Source: an uncultured Methanosarcinales archaeon (GTDB taxonomy: Archaea > Nanobdellota > Nanobdellia > Woesearchaeales > JACPIF01). Taken from it: a stretch of DNA of 64,000 bases. Under the pieces are notes generated by a model. That model searched no databases. It was not told the DNA's origin and saw nothing but the letters and a program-made list of their open reading frames with translations. Shown piece after piece: positions 47,747-57,229 of the stretch (within the stretch, counting starts at the first letter, position 1; every line of letters begins with the position of its first letter). The stretch lies in the NCBI GenBank assembly GCA_964602245.1, contig CAZRPY010000001.1, positions 152,246 through 216,245 on the forward strand, read 5' to 3'. The position numbers and the translations under genes are program-made.

Positions 47747-49162
47747 TTACCTCATCCTTACTTTTCTAAGCCTAATTGAAGGGCCGCCAAACCACACAGG
47801 CAGGGCCTGCATTGGTTCACCTTTGCCGCAGCTGCCAGCATGTAGCTCAAAATTGTTGGCAGCAGCATCAATAGATTTCCACAAAACGGGAGTAATTATC
47901 TCAAGAACTGGCTGGAATATAGGATATTTTATCTCACCATTCTTGATTAAATAAGCTTCAGCTCCAACATATTTTTGGTTATATCTCTTATCGTCAATGT
48001 TCCACTCTGTAAAATTTTTAATGTATACTCCTTCTCTAATCTCCTCAATTAATTCTTCTTCTTTAAAGCTACCTGTAGCAAAGAAAGTGTTAGACATTCT
48101 TACAATAGGCTCTTTATCATAATCACTAGATCTAGAGCTACCATTACTCTTTAAGCCTAAATTTGCTGCAGTTTGTCTATTATGAAGAAATTCGTTAATA
48201 ATTCCTTTTTTAATCAGAAACTTTTCTTTTGCTCTAACACCTTCACTGTCAAAGAGATAAAATCCATTACTATTAGCTATGGATGGATTATCAATAACAT
48301 TAACAGCCTCACTACCAATTCTAGTTCCTAACATATCTACACTTATAAAAGATTCTCCTGCCTGAGCAGCCTCTCTTCCAAGAATCCTGTCAGCTTCATA
48401 AGGATGGCCAACACTCTCATGAACCATAATACCGGTTATCTCAGGACAACAGATAACATCCATAACCCCTTTTTGGGCTCTAATAGAGTTATTAATATTT
48501 TTACCTAGAGCTTTAACTTCATTACTCAATTTCTCTGTAAGCTTCCAATTATTGATGGATTCCCAACCACCTGTCTGGCCATATTGCCAGTATCTTTGTA
48601 AACTTCTCTTGCCAGTAATTGTTAAGAAATAATAAAAATTAACTCTAGGAATATTTGCTATTATTCTACTTCCCTCAGATGTTACCAAGTATTCTGTTGT
48701 TTCACTGTCTGATAAAGATAAAAATCTTCCAGGTACATTAATTTTAGTATTTAATATACTCTTGTCAATATCTTTTAGTAGCCTTATTTTAGTTTCTGGT
48801 GAAACGTTTTCTAGCTTAATTTTTTGGCTCACAGAATATTTTTGCTTATGTATTTCTTCCTCAGAAAATCTTATTTCTTCTTTTAAATGAAGAAAGGTTT
48901 TAGTAGATTTACAAGATTTATCTATTATGCTCTTTACTGAATCTTTTGTTAATAAATTAGTTGATACAAAGTTAAGCTTATTTTTAACTAAAAACCTAAT
49001 TCCCAGACCATTTTTATCTTCTAGGCCACCTCCTTGAAGGACACCGTTCTTAAAGACATAGGAAGAGCCCTTGGTTAGCTCTAGTCTGGCTTCAACATAA
49101 CTTGCTCCTAACTTAAGAAGGTAATTTAGTACATAGTCTGCTATTTCAAATTTAGAATCCAT
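47747..49162 (-). CDS. tldD: TldD-family metalloprotease
   Basis: HESVGH..EAD, RMSNT, CGKG. Confidence 0.92.
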   Translation of the reverse strand: MDSKFEIADYVLNYLLKLGASYVEARLELTKGSSYVFKNGVLQGGGLEDKNGLGIRFLVKNKLNFVSTNLLTKDSVKSIIDKSCKSTKTFLHLKEEIRFSEEEIHKQKYSVSQKIKLENVSPETKIRLLKDIDKSILNTKINVPGRFLSLSDSETTEYLVTSEGSRIIANIPRVNFYYFLTITGKRSLQRYWQYGQTGGWESINNWKLTEKLSNEVKALGKNINNSIRAQKGVMDVICCPEITGIMVHESVGHPYEADRILGREAAQAGESFISVDMLGTRIGSEAVNVIDNPSIANSNGFYLFDSEGVRAKEKFLIKKGIINEFLHNRQTAANLGLKSNGSSRSSDYDKEPIVRMSNTFFATGSFKEEELIEEIREGVYIKNFTEWNIDDKRYNQKYVGAEAYLIKNGEIKYPIFQPVLEIITPVLWKSIDAAANNFELHAGSCGKGEPMQALPVWFGGPSIRLRKVRMR

Positions 49163-49185
49163 AACTTTAAAAATCAAATCTGTAT

Positions 49186-50253
49186 TTATAAATTTATTGT
49201 AATAAGTTCTTTAGTAAATTTAGTTAAGGGAATACAGATATTTTCCAGAAGTACCGTATCTTCAATCCTAATGCCTAATTTATCATTAATATAAATTCCA
49301 GGCTCGATAGTAAATACCATACATTTTTGTAAGATATCATTAGACTTACTAGATAATCTAAAAGTACCTTCATGAACATCTATACCTATTTGATGGCCTA
49401 GGCTATGGATAAAATATTTCTCATATTTTCCAAGAATTTTTCTACAGGCTATTTCTACATCAGAGACTTTAACACCTATTTTTGAATTTTTAATAGACTT
49501 TAATTGGGCTTTTAGAACTAAGTTATAGAGACCTTTTTCCTTTTCGCTAGGCTTGCCAATAAATAGAGTCCTAGTCATGTCAGAGCAGTAATTCTCAAAT
49601 TTTATACCAAAGTCTATTACGCAAAATCCTCTTTTCAATTTTTTCTTAGATGTAATATGGTGTGGCAATGCAGCATTTCTGCCAGAAGCTACAATTGTTT
49701 GAAAAGAATTTAACAAACCTAATTTTTTAGTCTGGCTTTCTATATATTCCATTACAGCAGCTTCTGTTTTGAATTTCTTAAAATTATCAATACATTTCTC
49801 AATTATTTCATCAGTTATTTTGCAAGCCTCTCTAATTTTATTAATTTCTATTTGAGTTTTTATTTTTCTTAAATTAATTAAATAAGTGGATATGTCAACT
49901 ATCTTAGAATTAGGAAAAGTGTTTTTAAATTTCTGATATTCTTTAATTGAAATGCAGTCAAAGTTAATTCCTATTTTTCTAGCCTTGATATAACTGTTTA
50001 ATTGTTCCCAAAGATTGTCTAAAGTAATTATATTCTTAATATAAGACATTCTCTTAGCCTTAGCAAATTCTAATTTAGGGACAATAACTATTGGAGGTTT
50101 ATCTTGATATATTATTAAGCAACAGAAATCACTTAAATCTAAGTTACTAAAATAAGTAATATTACTATCATTTTTGTTTAGATTTGATTTTAATAAAACA
50201 CAAGCATCAATACTTTCTTTAGCTAGAATTTCCTGGAATTCTTTAAGTCTCAT
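49186..50253 (-). CDS. Xaa-Pro aminopeptidase (M24B)
   Basis: PHH, DFG, SDMTRT, HSLGH.IG.DVHE, TIEPGIY, GIRIED. Confidence 0.93.
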   Translation of the reverse strand: MRLKEFQEILAKESIDACVLLKSNLNKNDSNITYFSNLDLSDFCCLIIYQDKPPIVIVPKLEFAKAKRMSYIKNIITLDNLWEQLNSYIKARKIGINFDCISIKEYQKFKNTFPNSKIVDISTYLINLRKIKTQIEINKIREACKITDEIIEKCIDNFKKFKTEAAVMEYIESQTKKLGLLNSFQTIVASGRNAALPHHITSKKKLKRGFCVIDFGIKFENYCSDMTRTLFIGKPSEKEKGLYNLVLKAQLKSIKNSKIGVKVSDVEIACRKILGKYEKYFIHSLGHQIGIDVHEGTFRLSSKSNDILQKCMVFTIEPGIYINDKLGIRIEDTVLLENICIPLTKFTKELITINL

Positions 50254-50255
50254 AT

Positions 50256-51332
50256 TTATCTTGTTACTTCAAAGCTTTTAACCCTAGCAAGAAGCTCTTT
50301 AGCCTTTTTATTTTTTTCAAAGTGTTTTCTTACTGGTTCAATTAACTGGTTAATATAGAATGCTACAGTATTCTTTAAATCAATTGGATGCAAGTTACCT
50401 TTAGAATAAACTCTGACAAGATCATTATAGTTATGAAACTCTAAGTTTCCACCAAATTTTTCAGCTCTTTCTATCGTAATTGAGTTGAATTTTTCAAAAA
50501 GTATGTATTTGCAATATTCCAAGATAGGGTTGTCCTCTACTTGTTTTTCTGGACAATAGGCTTTAGCGATCTTTTCCTTGACCTCTTTCTCGGAATCTGT
50601 CATAAAAATGGCAGTTTCTGGCTTGGATTTAGACATTTTGAGGTCAATTGTTCTTTCAATAGCACTCTTTTCTTTACTAGCAGGCTTGCCAAGGCCCATT
50701 AACATATGGTGGCTGACTATCACAGGTTTCCAATATCCAAGTTTTTCTCCAAGTTCCCTAGCTAAAACATTAACTTTCCTTTGATCCATGCCTAGCTGGC
50801 AAATATCAGCTTTTAGATGGAATATGTCAGCTGCTTGCATACAAGGATACAATATTTGAGAGGCTTGCTGTACTTCAGACTCTTGTCTGCCCATTATCTG
50901 CCCAGTTCTTATTATCCTCTGTATAGTAGAATTTCTTGCTATCTGCATTACTTTCTTCCAATAATCCATACTGTTTACTACATCACTTGCCCTTACAAAT
51001 TCTACCTTATCAACATTCATTCCAGACACTTTCCAAACCTCAACAAGATAATCGCTGCATATTTGTATTTTTTCTAGATCACCGCCTAACTTGTTATTGG
51101 CCCAAGCGTGCCAGTCAGCTGCATACATCTTGAAATGGATGCCTGCTTTTACTAGTTTATTGATATTTATAGCCCTAAGAATGCCTTGAGCAATATGAAT
51201 ATTACCAGAAGGCTCAAAACCATCATATGCTATTGGATGAGATTTAGTCTCTATTAAAGTTTTTAGCTCATCTTCTGTAATTATCTCTTCACCTACCTGC
51301 TTTATCAGCTCTAATTTTGTATTTATATCCAT
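50256..51332 (-). CDS. tyrS: Tyrosyl-tRNA synthetase
   Basis: YDGFEPSG, HIAQ, YPCMQAAD, GMDQRK, KMSKS. Confidence 0.96.
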   Translation of the reverse strand: MDINTKLELIKQVGEEIITEDELKTLIETKSHPIAYDGFEPSGNIHIAQGILRAININKLVKAGIHFKMYAADWHAWANNKLGGDLEKIQICSDYLVEVWKVSGMNVDKVEFVRASDVVNSMDYWKKVMQIARNSTIQRIIRTGQIMGRQESEVQQASQILYPCMQAADIFHLKADICQLGMDQRKVNVLARELGEKLGYWKPVIVSHHMLMGLGKPASKEKSAIERTIDLKMSKSKPETAIFMTDSEKEVKEKIAKAYCPEKQVEDNPILEYCKYILFEKFNSITIERAEKFGGNLEFHNYNDLVRVYSKGNLHPIDLKNTVAFYINQLIEPVRKHFEKNKKAKELLARVKSFEVTR

Positions 51333-51377
51333 AAAACTAAGCTTAATTTATTCTTTTAAAAAGGTATCGTAAATTTA

Positions 51378-51543
51378 GGCTCTGTCATAAATCTCGATTT
51401 GCTCGGGGTTAGGTCGGTTCGCATTTTGATGTGAAAACTGTTAAGTTGACATCCCCGTAAGGGACTTCCCCCTGTCAACTGTAATTTTTGTATATTGGAG
51501 AATGCTCACAAAAATGACCTAACCCTTTATTTAGGACAGAGCC
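51378..51543 (+). mobile_element. Structured MITE-like element, copy 2
   Basis: Terminal inverted repeat GGCTCTGTC(A/C)TAAAT matching at 14 of 15 positions; nested stems; conserved internal motifs. Confidence 0.75.
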
Positions 51544-51552
51544 GTAAAAGAA

Positions 51553-51589
51553 CACTGGTCACTGGACAGACGCACGTAAGGTATATAAA
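51553..51589 (+). promoter_or_regulatory. Promoter with upstream CACTGGTCACTGGACA-N4-CACGTRAGG motif (cas4-like gene)
   Basis: Exact 16-mer match to 26974-26989, followed by CACGTAAGG and TATATAAA. Confidence 0.7.
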
Positions 51590-51611
51590 GTAAATTGTTT
51601 TAATTTATGAT

Positions 51612-52472
51612 ATGATAACTGTATCTATGCTCTCTACATATCTATATTGCTCTAGAAAGCTGTACTTACAAGAAGTGCTTAAGCTAGAGGAACCTGAAAG
51701 AGAAGATGCAGTCATAGGCAGTATTAGGCATGAAACCTATGATCTAATAAATAAAAATGAAATGAAAATTGTTACAAGCATACAAAGAAAGGTGCCAAGA
51801 GAAGAATTGCAAGATTTATATAAGGAATATTATTCAGAGCATTTAAGAAATGCTATTAGAGCTAATAAAGATAGGTTAAGGACTTTAGTAATTAATTCTG
51901 GAGAGATTTTTAAGAGGCTATGGCCTTTAGTATTGGAGGAAAGCATTACAAGAGCTAATAGTATTTTTGACTTTATTGAGACACACCTTATTTTTGGAGA
52001 TAAACTTTGGGAAATGCTCACTCCAAAAATAGTTTCTGAGTTTAAGATAATATCTGCTAAACTTGAGCTTAAGGGCATAATAGATCAAGTAGAGCACTGG
52101 CAAACTGGTTTAGTTCCTATTGAGATTAAGACAGGAAACGCCCCATTAGAAGGAATATGGTCTGGGCATAAAATCCAATTAATAGCCTATGCAATGCTAC
52201 TTGAGGATTATTATAGCAAGCCAGTAAAAGAGGGATTTGTTGTTTACCTTGGATCAAAAGAGAAAAGGCATTTAGCCATAAATCCTTTTATGAGATATGA
52301 ATTGAAAGAGCTTATAGGCCAAGTAAAGACAGTCTTGACAAGCAAGGAGCTTCCAGATTTTACAACATCTAAAAAGAAGTGTGAGAAATGTGGGCTTAGA
52401 GATAGATGTTATAATAAAGAATTTATGGATAATACCATGAATAATCTCATAGAACTGTCACAAACTATATAG
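51612..52472 (+). CDS. cas4: Solo Cas4-family (PD-(D/E)xK, Fe-S) nuclease
   Basis: N-terminal Cys (YCSRK), H, GIID, EIK, QLIAY, C-terminal CEKC.....C. No other cas genes in the window. Confidence 0.88.
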   Translation: MITVSMLSTYLYCSRKLYLQEVLKLEEPEREDAVIGSIRHETYDLINKNEMKIVTSIQRKVPREELQDLYKEYYSEHLRNAIRANKDRLRTLVINSGEIFKRLWPLVLEESITRANSIFDFIETHLIFGDKLWEMLTPKIVSEFKIISAKLELKGIIDQVEHWQTGLVPIEIKTGNAPLEGIWSGHKIQLIAYAMLLEDYYSKPVKEGFVVYLGSKEKRHLAINPFMRYELKELIGQVKTVLTSKELPDFTTSKKKCEKCGLRDRCYNKEFMDNTMNNLIELSQTI

Positions 52473-52511
52473 TGGTATATTTTTAAACCAGTTTATACAT
52501 TCTTTATAGAA

Positions 52512-52680
52512 ACATTTAAATAAAGAAAATCATAGATTTTCTAATTTAAATGTCCGAAAATGCTTACATTTTCGATACAAAGGGACTTTGTCCCTAGTCT
52601 GGGAAATTAAAATTTCCGATACAACGAAAACCATTGGTTTTCGAGTCTCGAATTACGTTGTAATTCGATACATTTAAATA
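52512..52680. repeat. Array of six short palindromes with conserved linkers, bounded by an 11-bp direct repeat
   Basis: Hairpins at 52524, 52555, 52581, 52602, 52625 and 52649; linkers alternate ATACAA/AGTCT; ACATTTAAATA at both ends. Confidence 0.85.
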
Positions 52681-52729
52681 TTACTTACTACTAGATTTAG
52701 AATAGACTTTTGAATTAAGGAGTGATAAA

Positions 52730-53035
52730 ATGCCAACAACTAAAGAAGAAATGCCAAAAATGATGCAGGAAGGCCAAGAGGCTGACAAGAAGTTCTCTAA
52801 GCAATTAATAGGCAAGACAGTTGTTTCCAAGGCTGGAAAAAGGTTTGGGGAGGTAGGAGATATAATTTTTGAGGCTAAATCTGGAGAGCTAATACATATG
52901 GTATTAAGCAATCCCACTTCTTATACAGAAAAGCTAGAACTGGAGAAAGACAAGGATGGACATATTCTGATACCATTTAGTTCTGTAATAGCTATGGGAG
53001 ATTTTATGGTTATATCTGAAGAGGATATTATTTAA
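52730..53035 (+). CDS. PRC-barrel domain protein
   Basis: LIGKTVVSKAGKRFGEVGDI...IPFSSVIAMGDFMVI. Confidence 0.88.
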   Translation: MPTTKEEMPKMMQEGQEADKKFSKQLIGKTVVSKAGKRFGEVGDIIFEAKSGELIHMVLSNPTSYTEKLELEKDKDGHILIPFSSVIAMGDFMVISEEDII

Positions 53036-53107
53036 TTGGCATTATTTTGATTGTTCTCTTTATATACTGCGCAAAACTATTTAAAGCAATATAAATTCTT
53101 TCAATCT

Positions 53108-54064
53108 ATGGAAAGTGCTTTGTGGACAGAGAAATATAGGCCTAAAGAATTTAATGAAATAAAGGGGCAAGTAGAAATAATTAAGAGAGTGAAGGCCTTT
53201 GTTGAAAAGAAAAATATGCCTCACCTGCTATTTACCGGACCTGCTGGAACAGGTAAGACCAGCCTTTCTATTGTAATAGCAAAAAAATTGTTTGAAGAGC
53301 AGTGGAGGCAGAACTTTTTAGAGCTTAACGCGTCAGACGAGAGAGGCATAGATGTTATTAGAAATAAAGTTAAAGATTTTGCAAGAACTAAGCCAATAGG
53401 TAATGTGCCTTTTAAGATAATTTATCTGGATGAATGCGATGCATTAACAAGAGATGCACAACAGGCTTTAAGAAGGACGATGGAAAATTATACAGCTACT
53501 ACTAGATTTATTCTTTCTGCAAATTATTCTTCAAAGATAATTGAACCAATACAGAGCAGATGCGCAGTGTTCAGGTTTAAGCATCTAGATAAGAAAGATG
53601 TTTACGAGATTATAGATAAGATAGCAATTAACGAGGATTTTCATATAACAGAAACTGCAAAAGAGGCTTTATTTGAGGTGACAGAAGGTGATCTGAGGAA
53701 ATTAGAGAATATACTTCAGAGCTCAGCATCTATATCAAATAAAATTGACGAAAATATGATTTATGCGATTGCAAATACAGCTAAGCCTAAGGATATAATT
53801 GAGATATTAAAATTAGCATTAAAAAATGATTTTATGGCCGCTAAGACAAAATTGCTCGATGTTATGCTGACTAATGGACTTTCAGGGGCTGATATTATTA
53901 AACAAATACAGAAAGAAATCTTAAATTTGCCAATAGAGACAAAAGATAAAATGTCTTTAATAGACAAATGCGGGGAGATAGAATTTAGGATGTCAGAGGG
54001 TGCAGACGAGTTTATACAACTAGAAGCTCTTTTAAGCCAATTTGCACTAATAGGAAGCAAATAG
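53108..54064 (+). CDS. rfcS: Replication factor C small subunit
   Basis: WTEKYRP, GPAGTGKT, LELNASDERG, DECD, SRC. Confidence 0.97.
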   Translation: MESALWTEKYRPKEFNEIKGQVEIIKRVKAFVEKKNMPHLLFTGPAGTGKTSLSIVIAKKLFEEQWRQNFLELNASDERGIDVIRNKVKDFARTKPIGNVPFKIIYLDECDALTRDAQQALRRTMENYTATTRFILSANYSSKIIEPIQSRCAVFRFKHLDKKDVYEIIDKIAINEDFHITETAKEALFEVTEGDLRKLENILQSSASISNKIDENMIYAIANTAKPKDIIEILKLALKNDFMAAKTKLLDVMLTNGLSGADIIKQIQKEILNLPIETKDKMSLIDKCGEIEFRMSEGADEFIQLEALLSQFALIGSK

Positions 54065-54093
54065 GTAAATAGATATAATGAGTTTACCTATTA

Positions 54094-55050
54094 TTAATCT
54101 TCTTCTTTCTTTATTCTTAACTGTTTATGTATAGAATCCTTATAATCATAATCTAGAGTAATAGCAACTTCTTTTGTAAACAAGTCATCTTTAGATAATT
54201 TGGCATTGTCTTTTAACCTGCAGATAATAGAACCCTTGCCTGTTGTGTCAAGCCTTAGCTCACCTGATTTGCCCCTGCCACTGCAATCCCATTTATCGCT
54301 ATCAGATATTTCAAACTCTAAAACTGGTATTCTTATGTCAAAAGCAGTTCCCTGCTTGGTCACTCTGCCCTGGCCAACATTTTCTACCTCAAACTCTAGG
54401 CTTATTAGGCCTGTTCCTGACGGCCTTTCCCTTACACCCCTGACTTGAATTGGAGCAGAAGAAGAGAAAACTGTCTTTTCCTCATCAACCTCGCAAAATG
54501 TCTTGTCTTTTAAATCACCTTTAAAACAGACTTTTGTAACAGTTGCAAATGTCTTGTAATGATAAACAACATTGCCTACAACAGTGATATCAACACTATT
54601 GCCTAGGATTTTTGGTTGGTATCTAGCATTATCATCACCCGGAGTAAAGTCAAGGACCTCTTCATCACCTTCTTCATTTACATCAGAAACCTTTTCTATT
54701 TTATCTGAATTTTGAAGTTCTCTATTTGGTATGCCTGAAAAATCAGCAAGATTAATACCTGATAAGCTAACTCTCACATCACCTGGCTCTACATCTTGCT
54801 CCCCTTTGTTCTTTAAAACTACTTCTATTGGGAAACTTTCTGAGGAAAAGATTTCTTCTATATCTGCTTTATCTAATATTCCAAATTCCCTGAACTCAGC
54901 TACAATACCCTTTTGGCCTCCTATGAAAGGAGATTTTCCAGATTTTGGCTCTTGTTGATCAGTTGGAGTGCAAGCAGCAATAGCAAATATAGAGATTATT
55001 AGGTTAATTAACAAGTACTGGTTAAATTTTATTAATTTTATTTTTACCAT
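54094..55050 (-). CDS. Lipoprotein, paralog family member
   Basis: Lipobox IAAC; shares Y.Y.T..VC..C.V..S.API.V..NVG.G with the next two genes. Confidence 0.75.
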   Translation of the reverse strand: MVKIKLIKFNQYLLINLIISIFAIAACTPTDQQEPKSGKSPFIGGQKGIVAEFREFGILDKADIEEIFSSESFPIEVVLKNKGEQDVEPGDVRVSLSGINLADFSGIPNRELQNSDKIEKVSDVNEEGDEEVLDFTPGDDNARYQPKILGNSVDITVVGNVVYHYKTFATVTKVCFKGDLKDKTFCEVDEEKTVFSSSAPIQVRGVRERPSGTGLISLEFEVENVGQGRVTKQGTAFDIRIPVLEFEISDSDKWDCSGRGKSGELRLDTTGKGSIICRLKDNAKLSKDDLFTKEVAITLDYDYKDSIHKQLRIKKEED

Positions 55051-55126
55051 CCGGTCACTTATCTAATACTTAGTAGAGCATTATTTAAACTTTTCTTATT
55101 ATAAATGCTATTTATTTATCTTTGAT

Positions 55127-56071
55127 TTATTTTAGATTAATAATTTCGAACTGTTTCTGAACAGAGCTAGAATAGCCATAGCTTAGCTCAATATTAAGAG
55201 GAGTTGTATAAGATGTCTGTTGTTTGTCAATTGGAAGGTTAAAGCTGCAGAATATAAAACCTTGTCCATTTATTAGTATAACATCCTTGTCTAAACTTGG
55301 CTCACATCTATCTAGAGTTAGGCTAGGTATTGAAACAGAATTTACATGGACTTTGTTTATGTCTAGGATGTCAATGCCAAATGGGCATTTGTCCAAAACA
55401 GCATCTGGCTTCATAACCTTTCCATCTCCAACATTTCTTATAAATATCCTGAAAAACACTTTATTATTGCCAACTTCTTCCTCAACTCTAGTAACAGCAA
55501 TAGGAGCTCCTTGGCTGGTTAAACTAACATCTCTTACCTCACAAACCTTATCTTTTTTGACTACAGAAAATGGGTCAGGGTCAATGCATACTATAGGATT
55601 GGCTTGTGTTTTGTAGCTATAACAAGAGGTAACTAGGATATTAGCCACATATTTATCAGCAGATGATATAGGAACACTGGCTTTAGCTATATAGCTTTTA
55701 ATGTCAATAGAGCCTTCAGGGCTTGTTTGACTTTTGCCCCTGAAAAGACCACTTAGAGTTAGATCTACGCTAGTTTCACTGCCATCCTGCCAATTGCCTT
55801 GCAAGGCAGCTTTTTCAAAACCAGAAATAAATAACCTTGCAAATTCTGAATCATGAGCACCTTTGTTCTCTGCATGGACATTAATAATTATATCCTGATC
55901 TTGGAAAACTCTTGGAGGAGGAGAGTTTTGAAGAAACTTAATTACTATGCCTTCTATACCCTTATGAAAATCGATATCTTTTGTGGTTAAGGTTCTTGTG
56001 TCCTTTTTAGAGCAACTTGATAACACTACAAGGAGTATTATGGCTAGAGTAATAACAGTAATTTTTTTCAT
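55127..56071 (-). CDS. Lipoprotein, paralog family member
   Basis: Lipobox LSSC; G...KFL.N.PP, CY.Y.T..VCID, QGAP. Confidence 0.75.
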   Translation of the reverse strand: MKKITVITLAIILLVVLSSCSKKDTRTLTTKDIDFHKGIEGIVIKFLQNSPPPRVFQDQDIIINVHAENKGAHDSEFARLFISGFEKAALQGNWQDGSETSVDLTLSGLFRGKSQTSPEGSIDIKSYIAKASVPISSADKYVANILVTSCYSYKTQANPIVCIDPDPFSVVKKDKVCEVRDVSLTSQGAPIAVTRVEEEVGNNKVFFRIFIRNVGDGKVMKPDAVLDKCPFGIDILDINKVHVNSVSIPSLTLDRCEPSLDKDVILINGQGFIFCSFNLPIDKQQTSYTTPLNIELSYGYSSSVQKQFEIINLK

Positions 56072-56187
56072 TTTGATTAATGTAGGTAACTCTTTTATAT
56101 CATATATAAAAGTTTCTACTCTGCTGTAGTTTTGATTATAGTATATTGACTATATTATATAAAATCTAGGTCCTTTGTTTCTTTCAT

Positions 56188-57228
56188 TTATTTCTTTGGA
56201 ACAGGCACTTTAATTAAAACTTCTTTTGATATAGACTCTGTGTAGCCGTATTCAGCAAGTATCCTTAGTTTTGTAACATAATTGCCAGCATTAGCAGGAA
56301 TTTCTCCTAGATATCTGCAAGTTACTGTTGCAACCTTGTCCTTAAATCTTGCATAGCCAAACAAGCCTTCTTCTTCGAAAGGATCTTTAATTAGCTCGCT
56401 TCTCTTTGGCAAGCAGTCTAAACGATTAATTTCTTTACCTGCAATGAAAGCGCTTACCCTTACAATATTAAAATTGTTTAAATCAGAAGATGATTTTTGG
56501 GAGCAAACCTCTTGATATTTTTGATATCTTATCACTTCTCCCTTGCCAACGTTCCTTAAGGTAATAACAAAATATGGAGAAATGCCTTTTCCACTAGGCA
56601 GCATCTGTACTTCTACTTTTTCTATAGAAACAGGGGCACCTTGACCACTGCTAGATGCTATATCTTTTACTTTGCAAACTTTTGCTATTGGCTTTGTATT
56701 AAATATGTCTGTGTCAATGCAGACTTCTGGAGTAAATTCTGTTTGGTAGTCATAGCAAGCAGTTGCTATAATAGCACTTTTAAATTGCTCTGCCTGGGGG
56801 TTTAATAGGGATGGTTCTGCAAGTACGCTAAAGGTCATTATATCACCATTAGGGTTTTTTGCACTTTTACCTTCTAAAAAAGAGTTTTCACTACTAGCTA
56901 TTCTGAAGAGATCTTCACCATAATATATAGTAGAATCTAAATTTTCCTTAACAATACCTTTATAACCATCAAAATTAAAAGCAATTACACCGTAAGCCTT
57001 TTCTGCACCCTTATTTCTCATCTCTAAACCTATTGGAACTCTTGTTTTTTCAGTATAATAAATCTCTTTTGGAGGTGCATTTTCTAGAAATTTGAATTCT
57101 AAGCCTTGTACTCCTGTCTTGAAATTAGTAATTACTTTTGTTTGGACATCTGCTCTTTTACAGCTAATTAATAGTAAAGAGATTATAATAAGAAAAATGT
57201 ACATTCGTTTAGTTTTAGTCTTTTGCAT
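56188..57228 (-). CDS. Lipoprotein, paralog family member
   Basis: Lipobox LISC; same motifs as 55127..56071. Confidence 0.75.
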   Translation of the reverse strand: MQKTKTKRMYIFLIIISLLLISCKRADVQTKVITNFKTGVQGLEFKFLENAPPKEIYYTEKTRVPIGLEMRNKGAEKAYGVIAFNFDGYKGIVKENLDSTIYYGEDLFRIASSENSFLEGKSAKNPNGDIMTFSVLAEPSLLNPQAEQFKSAIIATACYDYQTEFTPEVCIDTDIFNTKPIAKVCKVKDIASSSGQGAPVSIEKVEVQMLPSGKGISPYFVITLRNVGKGEVIRYQKYQEVCSQKSSSDLNNFNIVRVSAFIAGKEINRLDCLPKRSELIKDPFEEEGLFGYARFKDKVATVTCRYLGEIPANAGNYVTKLRILAEYGYTESISKEVLIKVPVPKK

Positions 57229-57229
57229 T

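Noticed and set aside
52512..52680. CRISPR array next to cas4
   Set aside because: No identical 25-40 bp repeats with unique spacers; the conserved parts are 5-6 bp linkers; no cas1 or cas2.
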